64,000 nucleotides of DNA, from NCBI GenBank assembly GCA_964291495.2, contig OZ219871.1, positions 1,408,001 through 1,472,000 of the forward strand, given 5' to 3'. Below are positions 1-7,954 of the stretch, in pieces. The notes under the pieces were generated by a model. The model was not told where the DNA came from and did no database searches. It saw only the letters and a list, made by a program, of their open reading frames with translations. Numbering within the stretch: position 1 is the stretch's first letter; each line of letters opens with the position of its first letter. Made by a program: the position numbers and the translations under genes. This DNA is from Dehalococcoidia bacterium. GTDB lineage: Bacteria; Chloroflexota; Dehalococcoidia; UBA2979.

Positions 1-3
1 CGA

Positions 4-384
4 ATGGCTCGCGTCGCAGGCGTCGAGATCCCCAACGACAAGCGGTTCGAGTTCTCGCTGCCGTACGTCTACGGCATCGGGCGCTCCCGCGCCCGTCAGA
101 TCGCTGAGCAGATCGGCGTCCCGCTGGACACGATGGTGCGGGATCTGACCGAGGAGCAGCTCGTTCGCCTGCGCGCCGTCGTCGAGGGCGAGTACACGGT
201 GGAGGGAGACCTCCGCCGCGAGGTGCGCCAGAACATCCAGCGGCTGATCGAGATCAACTGCTACCGCGGCTACCGCCATCGCCGCGGGCTGCCCGTGCGC
301 GGGCAGCGCACCAAGACCAACGCACGCACGCGCCGCGGCTCCCGGCGAACCGTCGCCGGCAAGCGCCGCGTCGCGCGGAAGTAA
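4..384 (+). CDS. rpsM: 30S ribosomal protein S13
   Basis: [10 protein letters not shown]...YGIG...[20 protein letters not shown]; operon order. Confidence 0.98.
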   Translation: MARVAGVEIPNDKRFEFSLPYVYGIGRSRARQIAEQIGVPLDTMVRDLTEEQLVRLRAVVEGEYTVEGDLRREVRQNIQRLIEINCYRGYRHRRGLPVRGQRTKTNARTRRGSRRTVAGKRRVARK

Positions 385-399
385 GGGAGCGTCGCGAGT

Positions 400-783
400 A
401 TGGGTGGTCGACGCGGTCGGCGTCGCGAGCGCAAGTCCGTCCCACGGGGCCGGGCTTACATCCGCTCGACCTTCAACAACACGCTGATCACGATGACCGA
501 TCCGAACGGGAACGTGATCGCCTGGGGCTCCGGCGGCACCGCCGGCTTCCGCGGCTCGCGCAAGAGCACGCCCTACGCGGCCCAGCTCGCCGCCGAGGAC
601 GCCGCCTCCAAGGCGGTGGAGCACGGCATGCGCGAGGTGGACGTCTACATCCGCGGGCCCGGAGCGGGCCGCGAGGCAGCCGTCCGCGCGCTGCAGGCGA
701 GCGGCGTGCGCGTCTCCTCGATCCGCGACGTCACCCCGATCCCGCACAACGGTTGCCGCGCGCGGCGGCGGCCGCGGAACTAG
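400..783 (+). CDS. rpsK: 30S ribosomal protein S11
   Basis: [31 protein letters not shown]. Confidence 0.98.
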   Translation: MGGRRGRRRERKSVPRGRAYIRSTFNNTLITMTDPNGNVIAWGSGGTAGFRGSRKSTPYAAQLAAEDAASKAVEHGMREVDVYIRGPGAGREAAVRALQASGVRVSSIRDVTPIPHNGCRARRRPRN

Positions 784-802
784 CGGCGAGGAGAGCGAGC
801 AG

Positions 803-1411
803 ATGGCCCGTTACACCGGACCTCGCGTGAAGAAGGCGCGCCGCTACGGCGCTCCGATCTTCGCCAACGCCGCCGTCGTGCGGATGCGCCGCACCAACCC
901 GCCCGGCCCGCGCCCGCTGCGCCGCCGCAAGGTCTCCGACCGCGGCCTGCAGCTGAACGAGAAGCAGAAGGTGCGCTTCGCCTACGGCCTGATGGAGAAG
1001 CAGTTCCGCCGCTACTACGAGCGCGCGGTCCGGCACCCCGGCGTCACCGGCGACCAGCTGATGATCTCGCTGGAGCGCCGTCTCGATAACGTGGTCTACC
1101 GCCTCGGGCTCGCGGGTACGCGCGCCCAGGCGCGCCAGCTGGTGACGCACGGCCTGGTCGCCGTCAACGACAAGAAGCTCGACATCCCCAGCGCCGAGAC
1201 TTCGGTCGGCGACGCGATCGGCTTCAGCGCCCGCGGCAAGCGCTCGAAGTACCTCGACATCCTGCGCGAGGAGATCCAGGCGCGCGAGGTGCCCGGCTGG
1301 CTCGAGGTCGACCGCGAACAGCTCTCCGGCCGTGTCGTCGCGCTCCCCGGCGCCGGCGACTACGAGCCTCATTTCAACCCGAGCGCCATCGTTGAGTACT
1401 ACTCACGCTGA
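803..1411 (+). CDS. rpsD: 30S ribosomal protein S4 (no Zn-binding cysteines)
   Basis: MARYTGP, EKQK, LERRLDNVVYRLG, ARQLVTHG, IVEYYSR. Confidence 0.97.
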   Translation: MARYTGPRVKKARRYGAPIFANAAVVRMRRTNPPGPRPLRRRKVSDRGLQLNEKQKVRFAYGLMEKQFRRYYERAVRHPGVTGDQLMISLERRLDNVVYRLGLAGTRAQARQLVTHGLVAVNDKKLDIPSAETSVGDAIGFSARGKRSKYLDILREEIQAREVPGWLEVDREQLSGRVVALPGAGDYEPHFNPSAIVEYYSR

Positions 1412-1461
1412 GCAAGTGACAAGCAGCCCGCTCCACTGGCGAGCACGCAGCGAGGTGACTT

Positions 1462-2583
1462 TTGGCGGCTGAACTACAAACCCCGACCCTTCGCATCGAC
1501 GAGTCGGAGCTGGAATACGCGAAGTTGGTGATGGAGCCGCTGGAGGCGGGCTTCGGCACGACGATCGGCAACGCCCTGCGCCGCGTGCTGCTCTCCTCGC
1601 TTCCCGGCGCCGCGATCACCTCCGTGCGCATCGACGGCGTCGAGCACGAGTTCTCGACCGTCCCGCACATGCAGGAGGACGTGACGGAGCTGCTGCTCAA
1701 CCTCAAGGACGTCCGGCTGCGCGCCTTCGCCGACCGCCCGGCTCGGCTCTCCCTGGACATCGCCGGCGAGACGGCGATCACCGCGGGCGACATCCGCGCC
1801 ACCGCGGACTACGAGGTCGCCAACCCTGATCACCACCTCGCGACGCTCGGCCACCCGGAGGCGTCGCTCGTGATCGACCTCAACGTCGAGACCGGCCGCG
1901 GCTACGTGCCGGCGACGGTCAGCGAGGGCCTGCCGATCGGCGTGATCCCGGTCGACGCGCTGTTCACCCCGGTGAAGCGGGTCAACTACAACGTCTCGCA
2001 CACGCGCGTGGGGCAGGACACGAACTTCGACCGCCTCGAGCTTGAGGTCTGGACCGACGCCACCATCGACGGCCAGACCGCGATCTCGATGGCGGCGGGC
2101 ATCCTCCGCGACCAGCTGCTGCAGCTTCAGCAGCTCGGACGCGGCGAGATCGTCGCCGAGCGCGCCAGCGAGGCCGCTCCCGCCGACGGCCACGACACGC
2201 CGATCGAGACGCTCGAGCTGTCCGTGCGCGCCTACAACTGCCTCAAGCGCTCCGGCCTCGTCACGATCGGGGCGATCCTCGAGCGTTCCGAGGAGGAGCT
2301 GCTGGCGCTGCGCAACTTCGGCGAGAAGTCGTACGAGGAGCTGCGCGACAAGCTGGTCGCCAATGGCTTCCCGGCGCCGCGCGGCGAGGCGCCGCGCTCG
2401 CGCCAGCCGGTCGCCGTCGCGGAGCCGGCCGCTGCTGCCGGCGATGCCGCCGCGCCGGAGCCGGAGGCGGCCGCTCCGGCGGAGGATGACGACGGCGAGG
2501 AGGTCGGCTCGCTCGGCGCCGCGCTGATCCAGGCGCTGCGCGAGGCCGGCGAGGACGCGCCGGATCTGAGTGAGCGAAGCTGA
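1462..2583 (+). CDS. rpoA: RNA polymerase alpha subunit with acidic C-terminal extension
   Basis: [49 protein letters not shown]; TTG start. Confidence 0.97.
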   Translation: MAAELQTPTLRIDESELEYAKLVMEPLEAGFGTTIGNALRRVLLSSLPGAAITSVRIDGVEHEFSTVPHMQEDVTELLLNLKDVRLRAFADRPARLSLDIAGETAITAGDIRATADYEVANPDHHLATLGHPEASLVIDLNVETGRGYVPATVSEGLPIGVIPVDALFTPVKRVNYNVSHTRVGQDTNFDRLELEVWTDATIDGQTAISMAAGILRDQLLQLQQLGRGEIVAERASEAAPADGHDTPIETLELSVRAYNCLKRSGLVTIGAILERSEEELLALRNFGEKSYEELRDKLVANGFPAPRGEAPRSRQPVAVAEPAAAAGDAAAPEPEAAAPAEDDDGEEVGSLGAALIQALREAGEDAPDLSERS

Positions 2584-2933
2584 TGCGTCACAAAGTCGAT
2601 GGCCGCAAGTTCGATATGCCGACCGCGCAGCGGATGGCGATGCTGCGCAACCTCACCACCGACGTGCTCAGACACGGCTCGGTGACCACCACCGAGGCGC
2701 GCGCCAAGGAGGCGCGGCGCTTCGTGGAGCGCATGATCACGCTCGGCAAGCGCGGGACGCTGCACTCCCGCCGCCAGGCGCTCGCCTTCGTCTACGACCC
2801 GAAGGTGGTCAAGCGCCTCTTCGACGAGATCGCGCCGCAGTACGAGAGCCGCCCCGGTGGCTACACGCGCGTGCGCAAGCTGGGCCCGCGTCGCGGCGAC
2901 GCGGCGCGGATGGCGGAACTGGAACTGGTCTAG
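2583..2933 (+). CDS. rplQ: 50S ribosomal protein L17
   Basis: [25 protein letters not shown]. Confidence 0.98.
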   Translation: MRHKVDGRKFDMPTAQRMAMLRNLTTDVLRHGSVTTTEARAKEARRFVERMITLGKRGTLHSRRQALAFVYDPKVVKRLFDEIAPQYESRPGGYTRVRKLGPRRGDAARMAELELV

Positions 2934-2938
2934 GCCTG

Positions 2939-3766
2939 ATGTCCTCCCCAATCTCCCCGCGACGCCTCGCGCTGCTCGTCGAGTACGACGGGACGGAGTT
3001 CTCCGGCTCGCAGTCGCAGCGCGGCCGGCGCACGGTGCAGGACACGCTGGAGGCCGCGATCGCCGACTACTGCGGCGAACCGTCCGAGGACGCGCCGAGG
3101 CGCATCACCCTCGCCGGGCGCACCGACGCCGGCGTGCACGCTCGCGCGCAGGTGGCCGTGATCGAATGCCCGCGCGCGGACGCCCTCGAGACCGTGCGCG
3201 ATGCCTTGAACCACTACCTCCCGGAGGACGTAGCCGTGCGCGCGGTCTGCGAGGTCGCGGCGGACTTCGATCCGCGCCGCGATGCGATCGCGCGCCGTTA
3301 CTGCTACCGCATCCGCGACGGCGGCACGCGATCGCCGCTGCGCCGCCGCGACGTCTGGCAGCGCCCGCACGCCCTCGATGCAGCCGCGATGGCAGCGGCC
3401 GCTGCCGCGCTGCCGCGCGGCCGGCGCGACTGGGCCGCCTTCGCCGGCGCGCCCGCCGGGGGCGGCTCCACGGTCCGCACGCTGACCAGCATGGCCGTGC
3501 GCCGTCGCGGCCCGCACGAGATCGAGGTCACGATGGAGGCCGACGCCTTCCTGCCGCACCAGGTGCGGCGCACCGTCGGCGCCCTCGAGCGTGTCGGCGC
3601 GGGCGCGCGCTCGCCGCGCGAGTTCGCCGCGCTCACCGACGCACCGGCGAGCAGCGTCGGCCCCACCGCGCCGCCGCAGGGACTGACGCTCGAGGCCGTC
3701 CGCTATCCCGCAGGCGCCGTCGAGTGGGGACTGGACCGCGAAGCCGAGCAGGGGATGGTGGCCTGA
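2939..3766 (+). CDS. truA: tRNA pseudouridine(38-40) synthase
   Basis: EYDGTEFSG, AGRTDAGVHARAQV, FLPHQVR, TAPPQGL; ATG at 2939 after the rplQ stop. Confidence 0.95.
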   Translation: MSSPISPRRLALLVEYDGTEFSGSQSQRGRRTVQDTLEAAIADYCGEPSEDAPRRITLAGRTDAGVHARAQVAVIECPRADALETVRDALNHYLPEDVAVRAVCEVAADFDPRRDAIARRYCYRIRDGGTRSPLRRRDVWQRPHALDAAAMAAAAAALPRGRRDWAAFAGAPAGGGSTVRTLTSMAVRRRGPHEIEVTMEADAFLPHQVRRTVGALERVGAGARSPREFAALTDAPASSVGPTAPPQGLTLEAVRYPAGAVEWGLDREAEQGMVA

Positions 3767-3767
3767 G

Positions 3768-4445
3768 GTGACGACGAAGACCTACCGGCTGAGCGCCAAG
3801 GAGTTCGACCGCCGCTGGCACGTGGTCGACGCGGGCGGGCGGCCCCTCGGGCGCGTCGCCAGCGAGGCCGCGCGGCTGCTGCTCGGCAAGCACAAGCCGG
3901 ACTACGAGCCGCACCTGCCGATGGGCGACTACGTGGTGGTGATCAACGCCTCCGGGGTGGTCCTCACGGGCAACAAGGCGCAGCAGAAGGTGTACTACCG
4001 GCACTCCGGCTACCCGGGGAACCTGCGTCAGCGCACCTTCGAGGAGCAGATGGAGCGCGATCCTCGCAAGGTGGTGGAGCGCGCGATCCGCGGCATGCTG
4101 CCGCACACGCGCCTCGGGCGCGAGCTGTTCCGCCACCTCCGCGTCTACGCCGGTGCGGACCACCCGCACGAGGCGCAGCTGCGCGCCGGCACGGGCGCTC
4201 GCGCCCGCCGCCGCGCCGCCGCCGAGGCTCGCGCCGCCGAGGCGGCCGTGGCCGCGCCGCCGGCGGAGGAGATCGTGGCCGACGAGATCGTGGCGGACGA
4301 GGTGGTGGCCGAGGAGGTCGCCGTCGACGAGCCGGAAGTGGATGAGGCCACGGCGGACGAGGCCGAAGAGACTGTCGCCGACGCCGAGGAGCCGACCGAA
4401 GACGCCGACGCGAGCGACGATGCAGACGCGAACGACGACGACTAA
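3768..4445 (+). CDS. rplM: 50S ribosomal protein L13 with long acidic C-terminal tail
   Basis: WHVVDA, LGRVAS, GKHKP, GDYVVVINA, HSGYPG, HPHEAQ. Confidence 0.96.
   Translation: MTTKTYRLSAKEFDRRWHVVDAGGRPLGRVASEAARLLLGKHKPDYEPHLPMGDYVVVINASGVVLTGNKAQQKVYYRHSGYPGNLRQRTFEEQMERDPRKVVERAIRGMLPHTRLGRELFRHLRVYAGADHPHEAQLRAGTGARARRRAAAEARAAEAAVAAPPAEEIVADEIVADEVVAEEVAVDEPEVDEATADEAEETVADAEEPTEDADASDDADANDDD
4269..4328 (+). repeat. 15-bp degenerate tandem repeat (4 units) in the rplM tail
   Basis: gagatcgtggccgac/gagatcgtggcggac/gaggtggtggccgag/gaggtcgccgtcgac encoding EIVAD-EIVAD-EVVAE-EVAVD. Confidence 0.8.
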
Positions 4446-4472
4446 GCACACGGGGAGCGAGCGAGTGGCACG

Positions 4473-4874
4473 ATGACGAACGAGCAGCAGCACTACTACT
4501 ACGGCCTCGGCCGCCGCAAGTCGGCAGTCGCCCGCGTCCGGCTCACGCCCGGCAACGGCGCCTTCGTCGTCAACGGCAAGCCGCTGGAAGACGTTGTCTT
4601 CCGCGCCTCGATGCGCCAGGACCTGCTGCGCCCGCTCGTCGTCACCGAGAACGCGAACCGCTTCAACGTGCAGGTCAAGGTCAGCGGCGGCGGTATCTCC
4701 GGCTGGACCGGAGCGATGCGTCTCGGCATCGCCCGCGCGCTCGTGGCCGCCGACGAGGGCTACCGACGCCCGCTGCGCCAGCACGGCCTGCTGACGCGCG
4801 ACGCGCGCGAGAAGGAGCGCCAGAAGCCCGGCCTCAAGCGCGCCCGCAAGGCCCCGCAGTACACCAAGCGCTAG
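4473..4874 (+). CDS. rpsI: 30S ribosomal protein S9
   Basis: GRRKSAVARV, GGG, LTRDAREKERQKPGLKRARKAPQYTKR. Confidence 0.98.
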   Translation: MTNEQQHYYYGLGRRKSAVARVRLTPGNGAFVVNGKPLEDVVFRASMRQDLLRPLVVTENANRFNVQVKVSGGGISGWTGAMRLGIARALVAADEGYRRPLRQHGLLTRDAREKERQKPGLKRARKAPQYTKR

Positions 4875-4915
4875 CCTCCGCGCCCAGCGTGCTCCTTCGC
4901 CTCCGGCCTCCCCTC

Positions 4916-4943
4916 CGTCATTCCGGCGAAAGCCGGAATCCAG
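4916..4943. repeat. REP-like palindrome (GTCATTCC-N-GGAATCCA type)
   Basis: cgtc-attccggc-gaaa-gccggaat-ccag, perfect 8-bp stem; resembles widespread dRS3-like intergenic repeats. Confidence 0.75.
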
Positions 4944-5025
4944 GCGGGGGCTCGCCGGCGGTTCTCGCCACCTCGAGGGATGTGCGCCCTCGGAGCCCCT
5001 TGCCCGCGGGCGGGCTGCGCCCGCT

Positions 5026-5064
5026 CCCCCTCACCCCCACCCTCTCCCGCCGGGGGAGAGGGGG
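5026..5064. repeat. BoxC-like intergenic repeat (CCCTCACCC...CCCTCTCCC-N-GGGAGAGGG)
   Basis: ccccctcacccccaccctctccc-gccgg-gggagagggg, 9-bp stem with pyrimidine leader. Confidence 0.75.
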
Positions 5065-5124
5065 CCGGATCGGCCCTCGCGGGTGAGGTGCGCCCGCGGA
5101 AGTCACGTAGCGAGCAGCGGAGCC

Positions 5125-5152
5125 GAGGGGGCGTGGGGGCGCAGCCCCCCGC
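5125..5152. repeat. GGGGC-GCA-GCCCC hairpin repeat
   Basis: gggggcgcagcccccc at 5135-5150; related agggcgcagccct at 13472-13484. Confidence 0.5.
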
Positions 5153-5211
5153 AGCAGACACGCATCCGCCCTCGAGGTTCCGCGTCCGGCTCCAGAGGTG
5201 AGGGTGCGTCG

Positions 5212-6261
5212 CTATGCGCCGCGCGGGTCGCGGCCGTAGCGGACGGCGAGCATCTCCGCGAGGATCGCGACGGCGATCTCCGCGGGCTCCCGACCGCCGA
5301 TGTTCAGCCCGATCGGCGCGCGCAGCCTCGCGAGGGCGTCGTCGTCGCAACCCGCCTCCCGCAGCTGCTCCAGCCGCCGCTCGTGCGTGCGGCGGCTCCC
5401 CATCACGCCGATGTACCCCGCCTCCGACCGCAGCGCCGGCACCAGCGCGGGCACGTCGAACTTCTCGTCGTGCAGCAGCATCACGATGTAGGAGTGCGGC
5501 CCCAGCGCGGCCGCCTCGAGCGCCTCGTTGGGCCAGCCGACGATCAGCTCGTTGGCGCTGGGGAAGCGCTCGCGCGTCGCGAACGCGGAGCGCGGATCGA
5601 CGACGGTGACGTGGAAGCCCGCCTCGCTCGCCATCCGGGCCAGCGGAGGCCCGGCGAAGGCCGCGCCGAGCAGGAACAGGTGCGGCGGTGGCCGGAACGC
5701 CTCGAGGAAGACGACGCGCTCCGCGCCCGGCTCGCCGAGCGTCAGCCTGCGCGTGCCGCCCTCGAGCAGCAGGCCACGCGCCTGCTCGGCGATCGCGCCG
5801 TCGAGGCCCGCCTCGACGCTGCCGGTCGTCGCGCCGTCCTCGAAGACGACCATGCGCCGTCCCGCGATCGCGGTCGGCTGGAGGCCGACCGCGAGCACCG
5901 CGGAGCGCTGGCCGATCAGCGCCTCGCGCAGCGCCTCCCAGACGGCGTCGGACCGGAACGGCTCGACGAGCACCTCGATCTCCCCGCCGCAGCTGAGGCC
6001 GACCTCGAAGGCGAACTCGTCGGAGATCCCGTACTGCACGACGGCCGGCCGGTCGCCGTCCAGCACCTGCATGGCGTGTTCGTAGAGATCGGCCTCGATG
6101 CAGCCGCCGCTGACGGAGCCGCTGACCTCGCCGGAGCGGGTCGCGCAGAAGCGTGCGCCCGGCAGCCGGGGCGCGGAGCCGCGCACCTCGGTGAGCGTCG
6201 CGATGGCGACCTGCTCGGACTGGCGTTGCCAGCGCTCCAGATCGTCGAGCACGTCCCGCAT
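5212..6261 (-). CDS. XdhC/CoxI family Moco-insertion accessory protein
   Basis: GSAPRLPGA, GSVSGGCIE, VGLSCGG, HDEKFD, YIGVMGSR, PIGLNIG, PAEIAVAILAE. Confidence 0.92.
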   Translation of the reverse strand: MRDVLDDLERWQRQSEQVAIATLTEVRGSAPRLPGARFCATRSGEVSGSVSGGCIEADLYEHAMQVLDGDRPAVVQYGISDEFAFEVGLSCGGEIEVLVEPFRSDAVWEALREALIGQRSAVLAVGLQPTAIAGRRMVVFEDGATTGSVEAGLDGAIAEQARGLLLEGGTRRLTLGEPGAERVVFLEAFRPPPHLFLLGAAFAGPPLARMASEAGFHVTVVDPRSAFATRERFPSANELIVGWPNEALEAAALGPHSYIVMLLHDEKFDVPALVPALRSEAGYIGVMGSRRTHERRLEQLREAGCDDDALARLRAPIGLNIGGREPAEIAVAILAEMLAVRYGRDPRGA

Positions 6262-6286
6262 CAGGTTGCTCCGGCGCGCGGAGGCG

Positions 6287-6901
6287 TCAGCGCCGCGCGG
6301 CCCGCGGGCCGGAGTCGGCTCGCACCGCCTCGTAGTCCCGCCAGGTGTCCACGTCCCTCGGGAGCGGGCGGCCCACCTCGACGTCGTCGATCCAGTCCGG
6401 GTGGCGGTCGAGGATCTTCCACGCGGCTTTGTCCCCGTGCAGCTCGTGCAGGAGGCCGAACAGCTCGCGCGAGAAGAGCAGCGGGTGGCCTCGCTCGCCC
6501 TGGTAGGAGACGGCCATGATCCGTCCGCCGCTGCGCCGCCACTCGGACACGAGGCGGTCGATGTCCTCCGTCTCCACGCCGGGCTGATCGCCGAGCGTCA
6601 CGACGACGGCCTCGGCGTCCGGGTGCAGCGCGGCCAGCCCCGCCTGGTACGACGACGAGCAGCCGTCTTCGTAGTCGGGGTTCTCAACGACCTGCGCTCG
6701 CCCGAGCGTGAGTTGCGGTCGCACCTCGGCCGAGGCGCCGCCGAGCACCACGGTCACGTGGTCGAGGCTCGCAGCCGCCTCGACGCTGCGCACGACCCAG
6801 TCGACGAGGATCGTGCCGCGGTAGGGCAGGAGCTGCTTCGGCTGGCCGAGGCGGCTGGAGCTGCCCGCCGCGAGGACGAGCCCGTGGACGGGCGCGCTCA
6901 T
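6287..6901 (-). CDS. mocA: Molybdenum cofactor cytidylyltransferase (MocA-like NTP transferase)
   Basis: LAAGSSSRLGQPKQLL, LGDQP, GHP, GDKAA, DVDT; within cox cluster. Confidence 0.85.
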   Translation of the reverse strand: MSAPVHGLVLAAGSSSRLGQPKQLLPYRGTILVDWVVRSVEAAASLDHVTVVLGGASAEVRPQLTLGRAQVVENPDYEDGCSSSYQAGLAALHPDAEAVVVTLGDQPGVETEDIDRLVSEWRRSGGRIMAVSYQGERGHPLLFSRELFGLLHELHGDKAAWKILDRHPDWIDDVEVGRPLPRDVDTWRDYEAVRADSGPRAARR

Positions 6902-7917
6902 CGCAGGGCCGCGGCGTAGCGCTCCGGCTCCTGCTCGAAGCGCTGGCGGCACCCCGCCGCGCAGAAGTAGACCGTCTGGCCCTCGTGCTCGGTGGTATGG
7001 CGCGCTGTCGCCACGTCGACCGTCATGCCGCAGATCGGGTCGAGCGCCTGCTCGCCGCCGCCGGCGGGGATGGGGGTGAGGATCAGCGGCTCGGCGGCGG
7101 ACGAGGCGGCCGGCTCGGGCTGTCTCGCGGGCTGCTCCCGCCGCACCTGCAGGATCTCGGCGGCGATGCTGAGCGCGATCTCCGGGGGCGTCACCGCGCC
7201 CAGGCTCAGCCCGGCGGGGCAGTGCAGCCGCTCCAGCTCGTCAAGCCCGAAGCCACTTCCGCGCAGGTAGTGGAGGACCGCCTCGGCCCGCTTCACGCTC
7301 GCGACGAGGCCCACATAGGCGGCCTCGGAGCGCAGCACGGCGGCCAGCGCGTCCTCGTCGTACTGCCCCTGCGTGGCGACGACCACGTAGCTGTCGGCCC
7401 GCAGGCGCGCCGCGGTCGCCTCGAGGTCCGTCAGCAGCAGATCGGCCTCGGGGAAGCGCTCGGCGGTCGCGTCCGGGTCGGACACGCAGACGTCGAACTC
7501 GATCAGCTTGCCCGCGCTTGCGAGGGCCTGCGCAAGCGGGGTCTCGCCGATCACGACGAGTTCGGGGCGGGGCAGGAACGGCTCCACGTAAATCTCCAGT
7601 GCGCCCTGGCTCTGGCAGGGCATCGCCAGCTCGAGCACGCCCTCCTCGGGCTCGCTCTCGAGGTCCGGCTCGGGGCTGATGCGGAGCAGGCGCGGCTTGC
7701 CGTCCTCGAGGGCCGCGAGCGCCTCGCGCAGCACCAGCGGCTGGGCGCAGCTCCCGCCGACCCAGCCGCTGAACGCGCCGTCGGCATCGATCAGGGCCTT
7801 CGCACCGGGGTAGGCCGAGGTCGGCCGGCGGCAGGCGACGACGGTCGCGAGGGCGAACGGTTCGCGGCGCTCGCGCAGTGTGACCGCCTGACCGAGCGGG
7901 TCATCCGATCCTGGCAT
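6898..7917 (-). CDS. coxF: CoxF/XdhC-family protein with C-terminal YHS domain
   Basis: GWVGGSCAQP, VATQG, YVGLVAS, PEIALSIAAE; C-terminal DPICGM...YFCAAGC. Confidence 0.85.
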   Translation of the reverse strand: MPGSDDPLGQAVTLRERREPFALATVVACRRPTSAYPGAKALIDADGAFSGWVGGSCAQPLVLREALAALEDGKPRLLRISPEPDLESEPEEGVLELAMPCQSQGALEIYVEPFLPRPELVVIGETPLAQALASAGKLIEFDVCVSDPDATAERFPEADLLLTDLEATAARLRADSYVVVATQGQYDEDALAAVLRSEAAYVGLVASVKRAEAVLHYLRGSGFGLDELERLHCPAGLSLGAVTPPEIALSIAAEILQVRREQPARQPEPAASSAAEPLILTPIPAGGGEQALDPICGMTVDVATARHTTEHEGQTVYFCAAGCRQRFEQEPERYAAALR

Positions 7918-7954
7918 GGCCCATCTCCACGCGAGGGCCGATCGCCTCGCCTCG

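Noticed and set aside
803-1411. Zinc-free S4 as a zinc-starvation paralog
   Set aside because: It sits in the core alpha operon, and C-minus S4 is common.
2570-2938. N-terminal extension of truA in the ORF track
   Set aside because: Overlaps rplQ in another frame; the true start is probably ATG 2939.
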